This document shows positions 19,944 to 28,877 of a stretch of DNA of 64,000 bases, piece by piece. Each line of letters opens with the position of its first letter. Positions within the stretch are counted from its first letter, which is position 1. A program made the translations under genes and the position numbers. Under the pieces are notes generated by a model, which did no database searches, had not been told where the DNA came from, and saw nothing but the letters and a program-made list of their open reading frames with translations. This DNA comes from an uncultured Fibrobacteria bacterium. GTDB lineage: Bacteria > Fibrobacterota > Fibrobacteria > UBA11236. The stretch is from NCBI GenBank assembly GCA_963716395.1, contig OY970309.1, positions 3,488,001 to 3,552,000 on the forward strand, given 5' to 3'.

Positions 19944-20299
19944 GCCGGCCGCTCCCGATCGACGGTGACCGCGGCGCATTCGGCTTCGGGCAGCGCGGCC
20001 GGTTTGCGGATGGTGAGGCGGCAGCGGCGCAGCCGGGGTTCTTGCGCCAGAATCCGGTCGCAGGCGCGACGCGCCAAAGTTTCGATGAGACGAAAGCGCT
20101 CGGCGCGCACGAACGCGGCCAAGTCTTCGGTCACGCGCGTATAATCCACGGTGTCGTCCAGGCGATCCGAAGCGGCGGCGGTGGAAAAGTCGAACCAGAG
20201 ATCGGCGTCGACCAGCAAATCCTGCTCGCGTTTACGCTCATGCGCATGCACGCCCACAATGCAGCGCACCTGCAAAGCGCGCACGCTCAAACGGTCCAC
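19940..20299 (-). CDS. folB: Dihydroneopterin aldolase
   Basis: IVGVHAHER..EQ, SDRLDDTVDY, LIETLA, IRKP. Confidence 0.92.
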   Translation of the reverse strand: MDRLSVRALQVRCIVGVHAHERKREQDLLVDADLWFDFSTAAASDRLDDTVDYTRVTEDLAAFVRAERFRLIETLARRACDRILAQEPRLRRCRLTIRKPAALPEAECAAVTVDRERPA

Positions 20300-21153
20300 A
20301 GGGTTCGCACTCCTTCCCGCATTTTATCCAGCAACAGCCGGGTCGGCGTATTCAAATCAAGATGGGCCGCCACGGACAAAGGCGTCCAAAGATAGTCGAC
20401 CCCTTCGTGGTTAAGGCGAACCTGCGGGCGCAGTCCCGCCACCCGGGCCACGTAATTCAACAGCACGAAATGGCGCGGCCGGAAAAACTCGGGGCTTTCC
20501 ACGCAATCTTGCGCCATCACCAATTCGCAAGCGGACAGATCCAATCCGGTTTCTTCGCGCATCTCGCGGCGCAACGCGGCTTCCAGGGTTTCGCCGTATT
20601 GCACCTTGCCGCCGGGTATGCCCCATTTGTTCGACCACTTGCGCGTACGCACGAACAATGCCTCGCCGGCTGCGTCGCGCACAAGTCCGCCCACGGTCGT
20701 AATGGGCAGTTGCTTCTGTTCCATGGCCGCGGCCCTGAGTGCCGCCTGGGCCAAATCCGCAACCCCGGTGAAGACGTCTTCCACGCCGGCCGACTGCAAG
20801 GCAAGCACTTCGGATGGCGCCGCCAGCGCCCAATAGGCCACCGAAGCGGCGCGGGCCACCGCCGCGAGTTCCACGCCATTTCCGATCAAGGCGGTTTCAT
20901 CGCGACTCAGAGCCGCCGATGCGAGGTGCGCCTGCAAGGCGGCGGCGCCGCGCTCCCGCCGGCCCCAACATCCGGAAAAGCCCGTGAACGTCTCCCCCGC
21001 CCCGAACCTCGCGGCCGGCCCGGCGGCTTCGCCTTCGGCCCACAAATACAGCGTATGCCATCGGCTCAGCCAGGGCAGCTCGCGCCGCCAGTCGGCCTGT
21101 CGGAAGGGTGCGCCCTCATCCCCCAACGCCGAATCGGACACGATGAAATTCAT
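20287..21153 (-). CDS. NUDIX hydrolase with degenerate HAD-like N-terminal domain
   Basis: Nudix box GGKVQYGETLEAALRREMREETG; N-terminal ETALIGNGVE resembles HAD motif IV without its Asp. Confidence 0.8.
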   Translation of the reverse strand: MNFIVSDSALGDEGAPFRQADWRRELPWLSRWHTLYLWAEGEAAGPAARFGAGETFTGFSGCWGRRERGAAALQAHLASAALSRDETALIGNGVELAAVARAASVAYWALAAPSEVLALQSAGVEDVFTGVADLAQAALRAAAMEQKQLPITTVGGLVRDAAGEALFVRTRKWSNKWGIPGGKVQYGETLEAALRREMREETGLDLSACELVMAQDCVESPEFFRPRHFVLLNYVARVAGLRPQVRLNHEGVDYLWTPLSVAAHLDLNTPTRLLLDKMREGVRTLWTV

Positions 21154-21752
21154 GCCGGGCCGGATTCCAACAGCCGCAGCGCGTCATCGAGGCGGCGCTC
21201 CAGCGAACGGGTTTCCAAAAGGCGCTGGGCATAGATGGGCGGCAACTGCAAACAGCCGCAGAGAAACAGGGAGTAATTCACGGCATCCAACCGCTCGCGC
21301 TCGCCGGCCAGAAGCTCGCGCATGCGCGTCGACACCCAGCTTTCCGTGGATGCGGCCATATCGAGAATGCGCGCCTCCAACTCCGGAAGACGCGCCGCGG
21401 ATTCCGGGTCAGCGCTCTCGTCGCCATAGGTGTCGCACTGCGCCGAAAGATAGGGATGCCGGGCGCGATCCAGCTTTTCCAGATAAACGCGGCGCAGACC
21501 CAGCGGTTTGATGCATTGAAAATCTCCCTGCCTCTCGATGCTTTCAAAGCGCACCAAGGTGCCGACCCGAAAGGGCGTGGCCGGCCCTCCGACTTCCGAT
21601 CCGTGGCTGATGAGCGAGATCACGAAATGCGGATGATCGGCGGCGTCCTCGAGCAGACGGAGGTAGCGTTCCTCGAAGATGCGTAAGGCGATGCGATGTC
21701 CCGGAAAGCAAACGGACCGCAGTGGAAAGACCGGAAACCACGCCGGTTCCAT
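21150..21752 (-). CDS. LON peptidase substrate-binding domain protein (standalone)
   Basis: PVFPLRSVCFPG..LRIFEERY, VGTL, QRLLET.SLERRL. Confidence 0.85.
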   Translation of the reverse strand: MEPAWFPVFPLRSVCFPGHRIALRIFEERYLRLLEDAADHPHFVISLISHGSEVGGPATPFRVGTLVRFESIERQGDFQCIKPLGLRRVYLEKLDRARHPYLSAQCDTYGDESADPESAARLPELEARILDMAASTESWVSTRMRELLAGERERLDAVNYSLFLCGCLQLPPIYAQRLLETRSLERRLDDALRLLESGPA

Positions 21753-21817
21753 GGCTGAATAATACTCATCGCATCCGCGGCCATAATCGCCTGAAGTCCT
21801 TTTGTAGATTAGCCGCG

Positions 21818-22975
21818 ATGCGCCCAAAACGTGCACCGTTTTTGCTTGGGATCGTGGTGCTGTGCGTGGCGGTGTCGCGCACACCGGCCCTGGATGAAGC
21901 CGAAGGCGTGAATCTTACCGCCGACGAAGCCCTGGGGGCGGTGCGTCCCGGCTACGCGTTGCTGCATGCGGGATTCCAGCAGGGCGCCGACGGCGCCTTG
22001 AACGCGCCCGCCTCCATGAACGATGTCAACGATTTGACTTTCACCACCGCGCATGCGGAAGAATTCGACGCCGCGAATTTCGATTGCGCCACCTTGCTTC
22101 TGCCCTGGAATGAGAGCAGTACCCTGGGTTTCGGCCTGGCGCGCTACGCGGTCAGCAATATCGAGATCCGGCCGGCTGGAGAGGATGACCAACCCGAAAA
22201 TCCCCAGCTTTTCACCGCAGCCGATTGGCTGCTCTCCGGGGCTTTTGCCCGCCGCTTCGGCAGCTTGGACGTGGGCGGAACCCTGCATCTGCTGTATCGG
22301 CAATTGGATCAGAGCGGCCTGGGTATGCGGGCCGACGGCATGGCGCAGTATACCTTCGGCAGACAATACCGCGTGGGCGCTTATCTCAGCGGCCTGGCGC
22401 CTTCCATCGCCCGCTGGAGTTCGGGATATTCGGAGTACGACCCCCCGGAAGCTTCGGCCTTTTTCTCGGCGCGCTGGCCCCTGCCCTATTTTTACGGCCA
22501 ACTGCAAGCCGGTTGGGAAACCGCGGGGCTGTTCCAGGGCTCGGGAAAATCCGCCACCGGCATGCAGGAAAATCGCGCCTTCTATCATCCCGAAGTGCTG
22601 CTCGCCACTTCGCGTCTCGGGGCCCAATTCATTTTCGACTTCGGCCTGACCCTGCGCGCCGGCTTCGAAGAACTCGATCCCTCTTCGGCGACTTCCACCA
22701 TTCATCTCGGCGCCGGGTACAGTTGGAAGCATATCCTGGGAATCGATTACGCCTTTACCTCGCATCCGGAATTGGGCGGCAGCCATCGGTTGGCCCTGCA
22801 ATTCACACCCGTGTTTCCCCGATTCGACGGCCGCGGAATTCGCCCGCATGTGTATCGGAGGATGGCCGCGCCCACAGCCGATTCCTCGGTCGAACGGAAT
22901 GCGCCTGCGGCACCGCTCAAAATCGCGCCCGATTCCGGCGCCGTTCCGGTCAAGGAAATTCTGGAAACCGATTGA
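21818..22975 (+). CDS. PorV/PorQ-like outer-membrane beta-barrel protein
   Basis: Signal peptide, alternating beta-strands, C-terminal HLGAGY..IDYAFTSHPELGGSHRLAL typical of PorV/PorQ-family barrels. Confidence 0.65.
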   Translation: MRPKRAPFLLGIVVLCVAVSRTPALDEAEGVNLTADEALGAVRPGYALLHAGFQQGADGALNAPASMNDVNDLTFTTAHAEEFDAANFDCATLLLPWNESSTLGFGLARYAVSNIEIRPAGEDDQPENPQLFTAADWLLSGAFARRFGSLDVGGTLHLLYRQLDQSGLGMRADGMAQYTFGRQYRVGAYLSGLAPSIARWSSGYSEYDPPEASAFFSARWPLPYFYGQLQAGWETAGLFQGSGKSATGMQENRAFYHPEVLLATSRLGAQFIFDFGLTLRAGFEELDPSSATSTIHLGAGYSWKHILGIDYAFTSHPELGGSHRLALQFTPVFPRFDGRGIRPHVYRRMAAPTADSSVERNAPAAPLKIAPDSGAVPVKEILETD

Positions 22976-23155
22976 CGCCGAATGAAATAATATCCCACTT
23001 CCGGTACTTCCCCCGCTCGGTTGGATTGGGAAAAGCCCAAGGGAGAAAGGTCGAAAACCGGGGAAAGAAATGCGAAAATTTATACATTGGGATAGATTTT
23101 CGAATTCCTTGGATAAGTCTTCCCTAACACAGCCTGTTCCGGGCGTCACCAGGGG

Positions 23156-25213
23156 GTGGGTATTAAATTCGACATTCGATCCGTCGGGATATTCGACGTG
23201 GTCTCGGCCCGGCTCAACGACGGTGAAGTCTTTGATTCAGCCAAATTAAAGAATACCATCCGCTTTCTCATCGAAAACGATATGCGCAATATCGTGATCG
23301 ATCTGGGAAGCCTCGAGTACCTGTACAGCGACACCATCAACGCTTTCATCGCGTCGAACCGCCACATGCTGGAAGTGAGCGGGCGCATCGCCATTTTAAC
23401 CGAGCACCCCAAGGTGCAGGACATTCTGAAACGAGCCGGTCTCGACAATATCATGCGCATCTACCGTTCCGAGGCGGAAATGGTGGCGGACTCGAAGGAA
23501 ATTCTGCGGCAAACCTCCAGCTACCGCATCGATGAATTGGCCAAAGCATCAAGTCATCCCGGGGTTCTGCCGGCCGAAATCAACGAGCCGACTCCCCCCA
23601 AAACCGAATTCGACGATTTCCGCAGCGAAATCGGCCAACGTCTCGGCAACAAATTGGAGAACAACGAGGTGCCGCAATACCAATACGGCACCCCTCCCAC
23701 GACCTTCAATCCTCCGCCCGCCCCTCCGACCCCGACGCTGGGCGGCTTTTCGCCCCCCGCTCAACCTGCGGGATACGGATATCCGCCTCCGACTCCGGCG
23801 CCCGAAACTCCCCCCAACCCGCAGTACCAGGCAGGTTACACACCGGCGGCACCCACGCCTCCGTCGTATCCTCCCGCGGGTTACCCGGTTTCGAACTTCG
23901 ACTACCCCACGGTGCAAATGCCGGCAGGCGGCTACGCCGCCACGCCACCGACACCGCCGCCCGAGTCGCGTTCGACCTTTGAAACGGGCGACTACACGCG
24001 CGACCGAAAAGAGTCTCCCGACCGCCAACGCGGTCCTTCCGGACGCAAACCGCCTCCGCGCCGGGTCGGAGGACGCAGCGAGTTCGAAGCGCGGGAGTCC
24101 GAGCGCGAAGAACGCGCTCCGGAGCCGGTCGTTGCCGCGCCGACGCGCGAGTCTTACCCGGAAGAGACGACGCCGAGAAGCGTATCCCCCTTATTGGAAA
24201 AACGTTCTTCCTTTGCCCCGATTTTGTTCGGCCTGATCATGCTGCTGGTGATCGGTGGGGCCGGAATCTTTTTGTTCACGCGTCCGCACACGGCGCAAAC
24301 CGCCCGGGTCACACCGCCTCCGGCGCCGGTTTCCACCGCGCCGGCCACGCCGGTGGCGACGCCCGCGCCTGCCGAGTCGACCTCGCAAGCCGCAGTGCCG
24401 GCTCCAACTCCGGCACCGCCCCCCGCCCCAAGCAAGGCGCCAGCCACTCCTCCGGTCGAAAAACCGGCGCCAGCCTCCAAACCTGTAGCGCGTCCGCATG
24501 CCGAAGCGCCCCGTCCCCGGGTGGTGGAGCATGAACGACCCCGGGTCCACAAAGTACCGGCCGACCATCTCGAAATTACCAGCACTCCTCCGGGAGCCGA
24601 CGTGCTGGTCAACTTCGCCAAAAAAGGTGTGACGCCTCTCACCGTGGCACTCCTCAACAACGCCAACCGCATCATTGTGAAAATGAACGGCTACAAGCGG
24701 TACGAAACCACGGTGAGCCGCAACACCAAAAACCGCGAGTTGAACGTCAATCTGGAACCGGAGAATTCTTCGGGCGCCGCCGAAACACCTTCTACTCCAG
24801 CGCCGGAAGCCTCCTCGCCTCCGCCCGCAACGACACCCTCCTTCGAGCAACCGATTTCACCACCGCCGGAAATCGAAGCACAGCCGTCCCCGGCACCCGC
24901 CCCGGCCCCAGCCGCCGTAACGCCCGCTCCCGCGCCCGAAACAGCCGCATCCGCAGCGGAAACTCCGGCTCCCTCCGAAAACGCGGGTTTTGCGCCCGGT
25001 AATGGCCCCGAAGGCATCATTTTTCTCTCCAGCACGCCCGCACGCGCCGACATCTACGTCGACGGCAAACCGCTGAACCAGAAAACTCCGTATAAGCTTT
25101 CCATCCCTTCGGGCCAGCACCGCATCGAAATGTCCAAGGACGGCTTGAAAGCCTCCGTCACCCAAAACGTCAATCCGGGACGGAACCGAGCCCTCTTGTT
25201 GATGCTGCAATAA
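23156..25213 (+). CDS. STAS domain - Pro-rich - TM - 2x PEGA domain protein
   Basis: NIVIDLGSLEYLYSD...VQDILKRAGLD (STAS); TM ILFGLIMLLVIGGAGIFLF; ITSTPPGADVLVN..KGVTP and LSSTPARADIYVDG..KTP (PEGA). Confidence 0.82.
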   Translation: MGIKFDIRSVGIFDVVSARLNDGEVFDSAKLKNTIRFLIENDMRNIVIDLGSLEYLYSDTINAFIASNRHMLEVSGRIAILTEHPKVQDILKRAGLDNIMRIYRSEAEMVADSKEILRQTSSYRIDELAKASSHPGVLPAEINEPTPPKTEFDDFRSEIGQRLGNKLENNEVPQYQYGTPPTTFNPPPAPPTPTLGGFSPPAQPAGYGYPPPTPAPETPPNPQYQAGYTPAAPTPPSYPPAGYPVSNFDYPTVQMPAGGYAATPPTPPPESRSTFETGDYTRDRKESPDRQRGPSGRKPPPRRVGGRSEFEARESEREERAPEPVVAAPTRESYPEETTPRSVSPLLEKRSSFAPILFGLIMLLVIGGAGIFLFTRPHTAQTARVTPPPAPVSTAPATPVATPAPAESTSQAAVPAPTPAPPPAPSKAPATPPVEKPAPASKPVARPHAEAPRPRVVEHERPRVHKVPADHLEITSTPPGADVLVNFAKKGVTPLTVALLNNANRIIVKMNGYKRYETTVSRNTKNRELNVNLEPENSSGAAETPSTPAPEASSPPPATTPSFEQPISPPPEIEAQPSPAPAPAPAAVTPAPAPETAASAAETPAPSENAGFAPGNGPEGIIFLSSTPARADIYVDGKPLNQKTPYKLSIPSGQHRIEMSKDGLKASVTQNVNPGRNRALLLMLQ

Positions 25214-25218
25214 CCGCA

Positions 25219-25246
25219 GCGGACGAATACGCCCGTATTCGTCCGC
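25219..25246 (+). terminator. Perfect inverted repeat (terminator or REP-like hairpin)
   Basis: GCGGACGAATACG-CC-CGTATTCGTCCGC immediately after the STAS/PEGA stop; only a short T tail. Confidence 0.5.
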
Positions 25247-25249
25247 CCT

Positions 25250-25600
25250 TTGCCCATGCCTCCAGACTGGAAAACCTGCTACGCGTCCCTGCATGCCCGC
25301 GGCGAGGCGACATTTCCGCCCGCGGGCCTACACTACTTGTTGCAATTGACCCGGCAAGCCTACCGCGATCGCGGTGGAAAGCCGCTTTTGCCCCGGGAAT
25401 GGACGGAGGAATTCCGGCGGCGCATCCGGGCCGATTTCGGCCGACTGGGCCCGGCGGTTTTGGAGCATTGGGAATTGCGCCGCGCCGAGGATTTGGGCCA
25501 AGCCTTGCTGCTGCTGGGCCAAATCGGCTGCCTGCAATTGGGCGCCGAGGACACGGTTTCGGCCTTTGCGGCCGAAGGCACCTTGTGGACAGAGAAGTAA
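25250..25600 (+). CDS. Minf_1886-like small protein
   Basis: DFGRLGPAVLEHWELRRAEDLG..L..LGQIG.L....EDTVSAF resembles the Minf_1886 family pattern; start 25250 or 25256. Confidence 0.6.
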   Translation: MPMPPDWKTCYASLHARGEATFPPAGLHYLLQLTRQAYRDRGGKPLLPREWTEEFRRRIRADFGRLGPAVLEHWELRRAEDLGQALLLLGQIGCLQLGAEDTVSAFAAEGTLWTEK

Positions 25601-26347
25601 ATGCCGTCCCACTTTCGGAATCGACTACTGTATTTTACATTCGTGACCATAATCATTTCTTGCAGTCAAACCACTTGGCCCGATCGCCCCTCCCAGGAAG
25701 TCGACGGCGTCGCGGTGAATTTTTTGCGCTTCTGGCCCGAACCCCAACCCTACACGGCCCAAGGAGACACCGCCATCGTCCTCTTTCAAGGCCTGCAGCG
25801 TGGCTTCGTGTGCGCGCAAATTCTCGCCGCCGACCCCGCCTTGCAAACCCAAACCGGGGGCGGCGTCATTCAGCCGGAAACCCGCATCGCCCTGCCGGCC
25901 GACGGCTCTTGTCCCGTGGACTTCATCGGCCTGGACACCGCGTACCGCGTGCAGGCGGGAATGGCGGCGGGCGACCGGCTTTACCTCAAAACGCCCGGCG
26001 GTGCGATTACCGATTCAACCGAATTCGTCACGGCCGCGGTGTCCTCCGACTCCTTTTCGGTGGTTTCCGACACCACCGACACCGCTGACACCGATGTCGT
26101 CATCGGTGGATTCGCGTTTCACGACTCCACGGCATTGGCTCCTACGCGCAGCCTGACGGCGGATTCGCTGCCGGCTTGCGAAACTTTTTACGGCGCCGTG
26201 TATACTTTTTCGCAGGATACCGTGCACGTGCGCTTTCGCCTTTTGCGCCTCGACTCCTCCCAATACGCCGGGCAACCCCTGTGCGCGGGACCGCATCCCG
26301 ACACCGTCACCATCGTTCCCGATAGCTACGATCTTCCGGCCTGGTAA
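25601..26347 (+). CDS. Hypothetical lipoprotein
   Basis: Lipobox-like IIISC after a hydrophobic stretch; several Cys; abuts upstream stop. Confidence 0.65.
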   Translation: MPSHFRNRLLYFTFVTIIISCSQTTWPDRPSQEVDGVAVNFLRFWPEPQPYTAQGDTAIVLFQGLQRGFVCAQILAADPALQTQTGGGVIQPETRIALPADGSCPVDFIGLDTAYRVQAGMAAGDRLYLKTPGGAITDSTEFVTAAVSSDSFSVVSDTTDTADTDVVIGGFAFHDSTALAPTRSLTADSLPACETFYGAVYTFSQDTVHVRFRLLRLDSSQYAGQPLCAGPHPDTVTIVPDSYDLPAW

Positions 26348-26402
26348 AGCCAGTAACTTGAAAGTTACGGGCTTTCTGGATTCGCCGGCCCGGCTCTAAA
26401 TG

Positions 26403-27499
26403 CTAGGCCAACAAGGGGAGCAACGCCTGGCGCAAGGCGGGTCCCGGTCGATAATCGCGCCAACGGGCGGCAAAAGTCATGCGCGCCTTGTCTGCATATT
26501 CCCGCCGCAGCGTATCGTCGCCCGCCAGGGTTTCCATGGCCCCGGCCAGGACTTCGGGGCGCGCACAATCCGTAGCCAGGGCGCAGTCGGCGGCGAATTC
26601 GGACGCCGCACTTTGACCGTGGTAAATGCAGGCCTTGCCCGCCTGCAAGGCCTCGAAGAGAGGCAGACCGAATCCCTCATACATGGCGCTCGCCACGAAA
26701 ACGGAGCAGCCCTGCACGAAGGCGCGGCGCGCGGTTTCGGACACATGGCCGTGAAAAAAAACCATGTGTTCCAACCCTAACGCGGCACGCAAGCCCAGTG
26801 CGGCGCCACCGTCCCAGGCCTGATGGCCGAGAATATGCAGAGGCGGCGGACTCGGATGTCGCCGGGCGAAGCGGGCGTAAGCCTCCAAGAGTCCCGGATA
26901 GTTTTTGCGCGGTTCGACATTGCCCACGGCCAGGAAATAGGGTGGGTCCGGAACTCCGGCGTGCGAAGCCCCCCCGGCATCCTGGAGATCATTTCCGGAA
27001 ACGGGCGGCACCACGCGATTTTTTCCGGCGCAATGCCCAGCAGGGCGTGCAGCCGATCGCGGGTGAACGCGGCGCTGGTGACGATGCCGTCGGCAGCGGG
27101 GATTCGCCGCCGCATCCAATTCCGGTTGAACTGCGGATGGCCCGAAGCCGCGAACGGCAAAGCCTCCAGGGGAGCCGCGTCGGGCACAAGCAGGGCGTAC
27201 CGCGCAGGGGGCCGGAGCGCCGGCAAGCTCTGGCCCAAGCACAACACGACCCGTGGTCGCAGCGCGGCGATCAGCACCGGCCACACGCATTCACAAAAAA
27301 AACGGTAGGGCCGCGGAGGCATCCGCAGCCGGCCGATTCCCTCCGGAACCCATCCGTCCGCTATTCCCCAGGGCAAGACCACGCGGATTTCGGCCGCATC
27401 GCGTAAATCGGACAAGGCCGCAACGAACAAGCGTACGTGGCGGCCCAATCCCGAATCGTTGCGCACCGCCAGCGCCTCTACCAGCAATAATGGTTTCAT
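26403..27499 (-). pseudogene. Glycosyltransferase family 4 (GT-B), split by a frameshift near 27015
   Basis: N-half (NDSGLGRHV...GIAPEKI) in ORF 26777-27499; C-half (RVVPP...FLAVGNVEPRKN...YEGFGLPLFEA) in ORF 26403-27290; one added base would join them. Confidence 0.8.
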
Positions 27500-28797
27500 G
27501 GAGACGGGCGTCCTTCTTCATCCCGCCCCTGCCGGTTCCGGATCGGCCGCAGGCGGATTTCCACCGCACGCGTCGCGATCAAAGCCACGAAGCCGCAGAG
27601 CACGGGTAATAGCGGAAAGACAAAGCGCGCATAGGCACTGACCAGGGTCAGGCCCGCCAGGCTGATTGCTGCGAAGCCAAGCATCCACCGGAATTCCGGG
27701 GCCAAGTTCCGCCGGCGGCGAAGGGCAGGCCACAGGCACAACAGGCACACGAACCAGATGGGCGAGAAAACCAAGCCCAGATTACCCGTGCGCTCCTGCG
27801 AATGCGAAGTGGGAAAAAACGAGAAGGGATAATTGAAAATCAGCCGGTTGACATTGGCCCGCCAATTCTGAAACACCTTGACCGGATGCGTCTGGATATT
27901 GCTCCAGGCCGCCCGGCGAAAAGCCCGGTCGCGGCGCACCTCGTCCCAGTTCTGGATCGAATCGAGGAAAGGCGCTTCGCTGGGAAAAAAGGCGGGATAA
28001 TGCGCGGCCAATTCGATGGGAATCACGTCTCCCAACAAATCCTTTTCCGGCAAGGTCAGTGAATACCACTGCGCGCCGCCGGTATTGCCCCAATAAAACC
28101 ATCGGCCCGTGAGGCGGTAGGTGTACAAAAGATACGGAGTGCACAACAGCAAACCCAAAGCCGCCACCCCGGCCCCGCGCCGCCACACCCGGTTGCGGAG
28201 CAGCACGCCGGCCACACCCACGACGGCTTGCGCGACCAGAACATAGGCGAAAAAAAATTTGGTCAAGGCCAGTGCCGCGGCGTAAAACGCCGCCCAGCCC
28301 CAATGCCGGCGGGGCGAGGCGGAGTGCGGCGCGGCGCAAAAGTGATACAGATATCCCGCCACCAACAGGGCGGAAAGGGATTCGGTCATGAGCAGGTGCA
28401 TCCAGGGCAGATCAAAGGCGACGATATAGGCGCAGGCGGCCGCGGCCCAACGCCGGGACACGGCCTCGGGCAGATACAGCCGCAGGGTGCGCCGCAGAAA
28501 GGCGAGGGTTCCCAGCAGAAAAAAAGCATTGAGCATTTTCGCCCACAACAGCGGCACATGTAGCCAGCGGAAGGGCACGAGCACCAGGGGATAGCCGGGA
28601 CCGTTCCAGATGAATTTCGTGCCAGGATCGGCATAATACCCGTGCAGCAAATGATCGGCGCAGGCTACGAAGCGATCTTCGTCGAGTTGAAACCCGGCCT
28701 GCGCGCGCCACGCAATCCAGGCCAGCAGTACTATCAGCCAGACACCGTCCAGGAGCCGGGCGCGAATGGCGGGCGTCGCAAAGCGTCGCAAGGGCAC
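27496..28797 (-). CDS. Polytopic membrane protein, ArnT/PMT (GT-C)-like
   Basis: DEDRF, GPGYP, LMTESL, ALTK, ARFVFP motifs and many TM helices. Confidence 0.65.
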   Translation of the reverse strand: MPLRRFATPAIRARLLDGVWLIVLLAWIAWRAQAGFQLDEDRFVACADHLLHGYYADPGTKFIWNGPGYPLVLVPFRWLHVPLLWAKMLNAFFLLGTLAFLRRTLRLYLPEAVSRRWAAAACAYIVAFDLPWMHLLMTESLSALLVAGYLYHFCAAPHSASPRRHWGWAAFYAAALALTKFFFAYVLVAQAVVGVAGVLLRNRVWRRGAGVAALGLLLCTPYLLYTYRLTGRWFYWGNTGGAQWYSLTLPEKDLLGDVIPIELAAHYPAFFPSEAPFLDSIQNWDEVRRDRAFRRAAWSNIQTHPVKVFQNWRANVNRLIFNYPFSFFPTSHSQERTGNLGLVFSPIWFVCLLCLWPALRRRRNLAPEFRWMLGFAAISLAGLTLVSAYARFVFPLLPVLCGFVALIATRAVEIRLRPIRNRQGRDEEGRPSP

Positions 28798-28877
28798 GCT
28801 TCAGAATACCATAGCGGTACACGCCGGATCGCGGCTTTGGCAGCCCTCAGAACGCGGAGCTATGCTTTGTTTACTCC

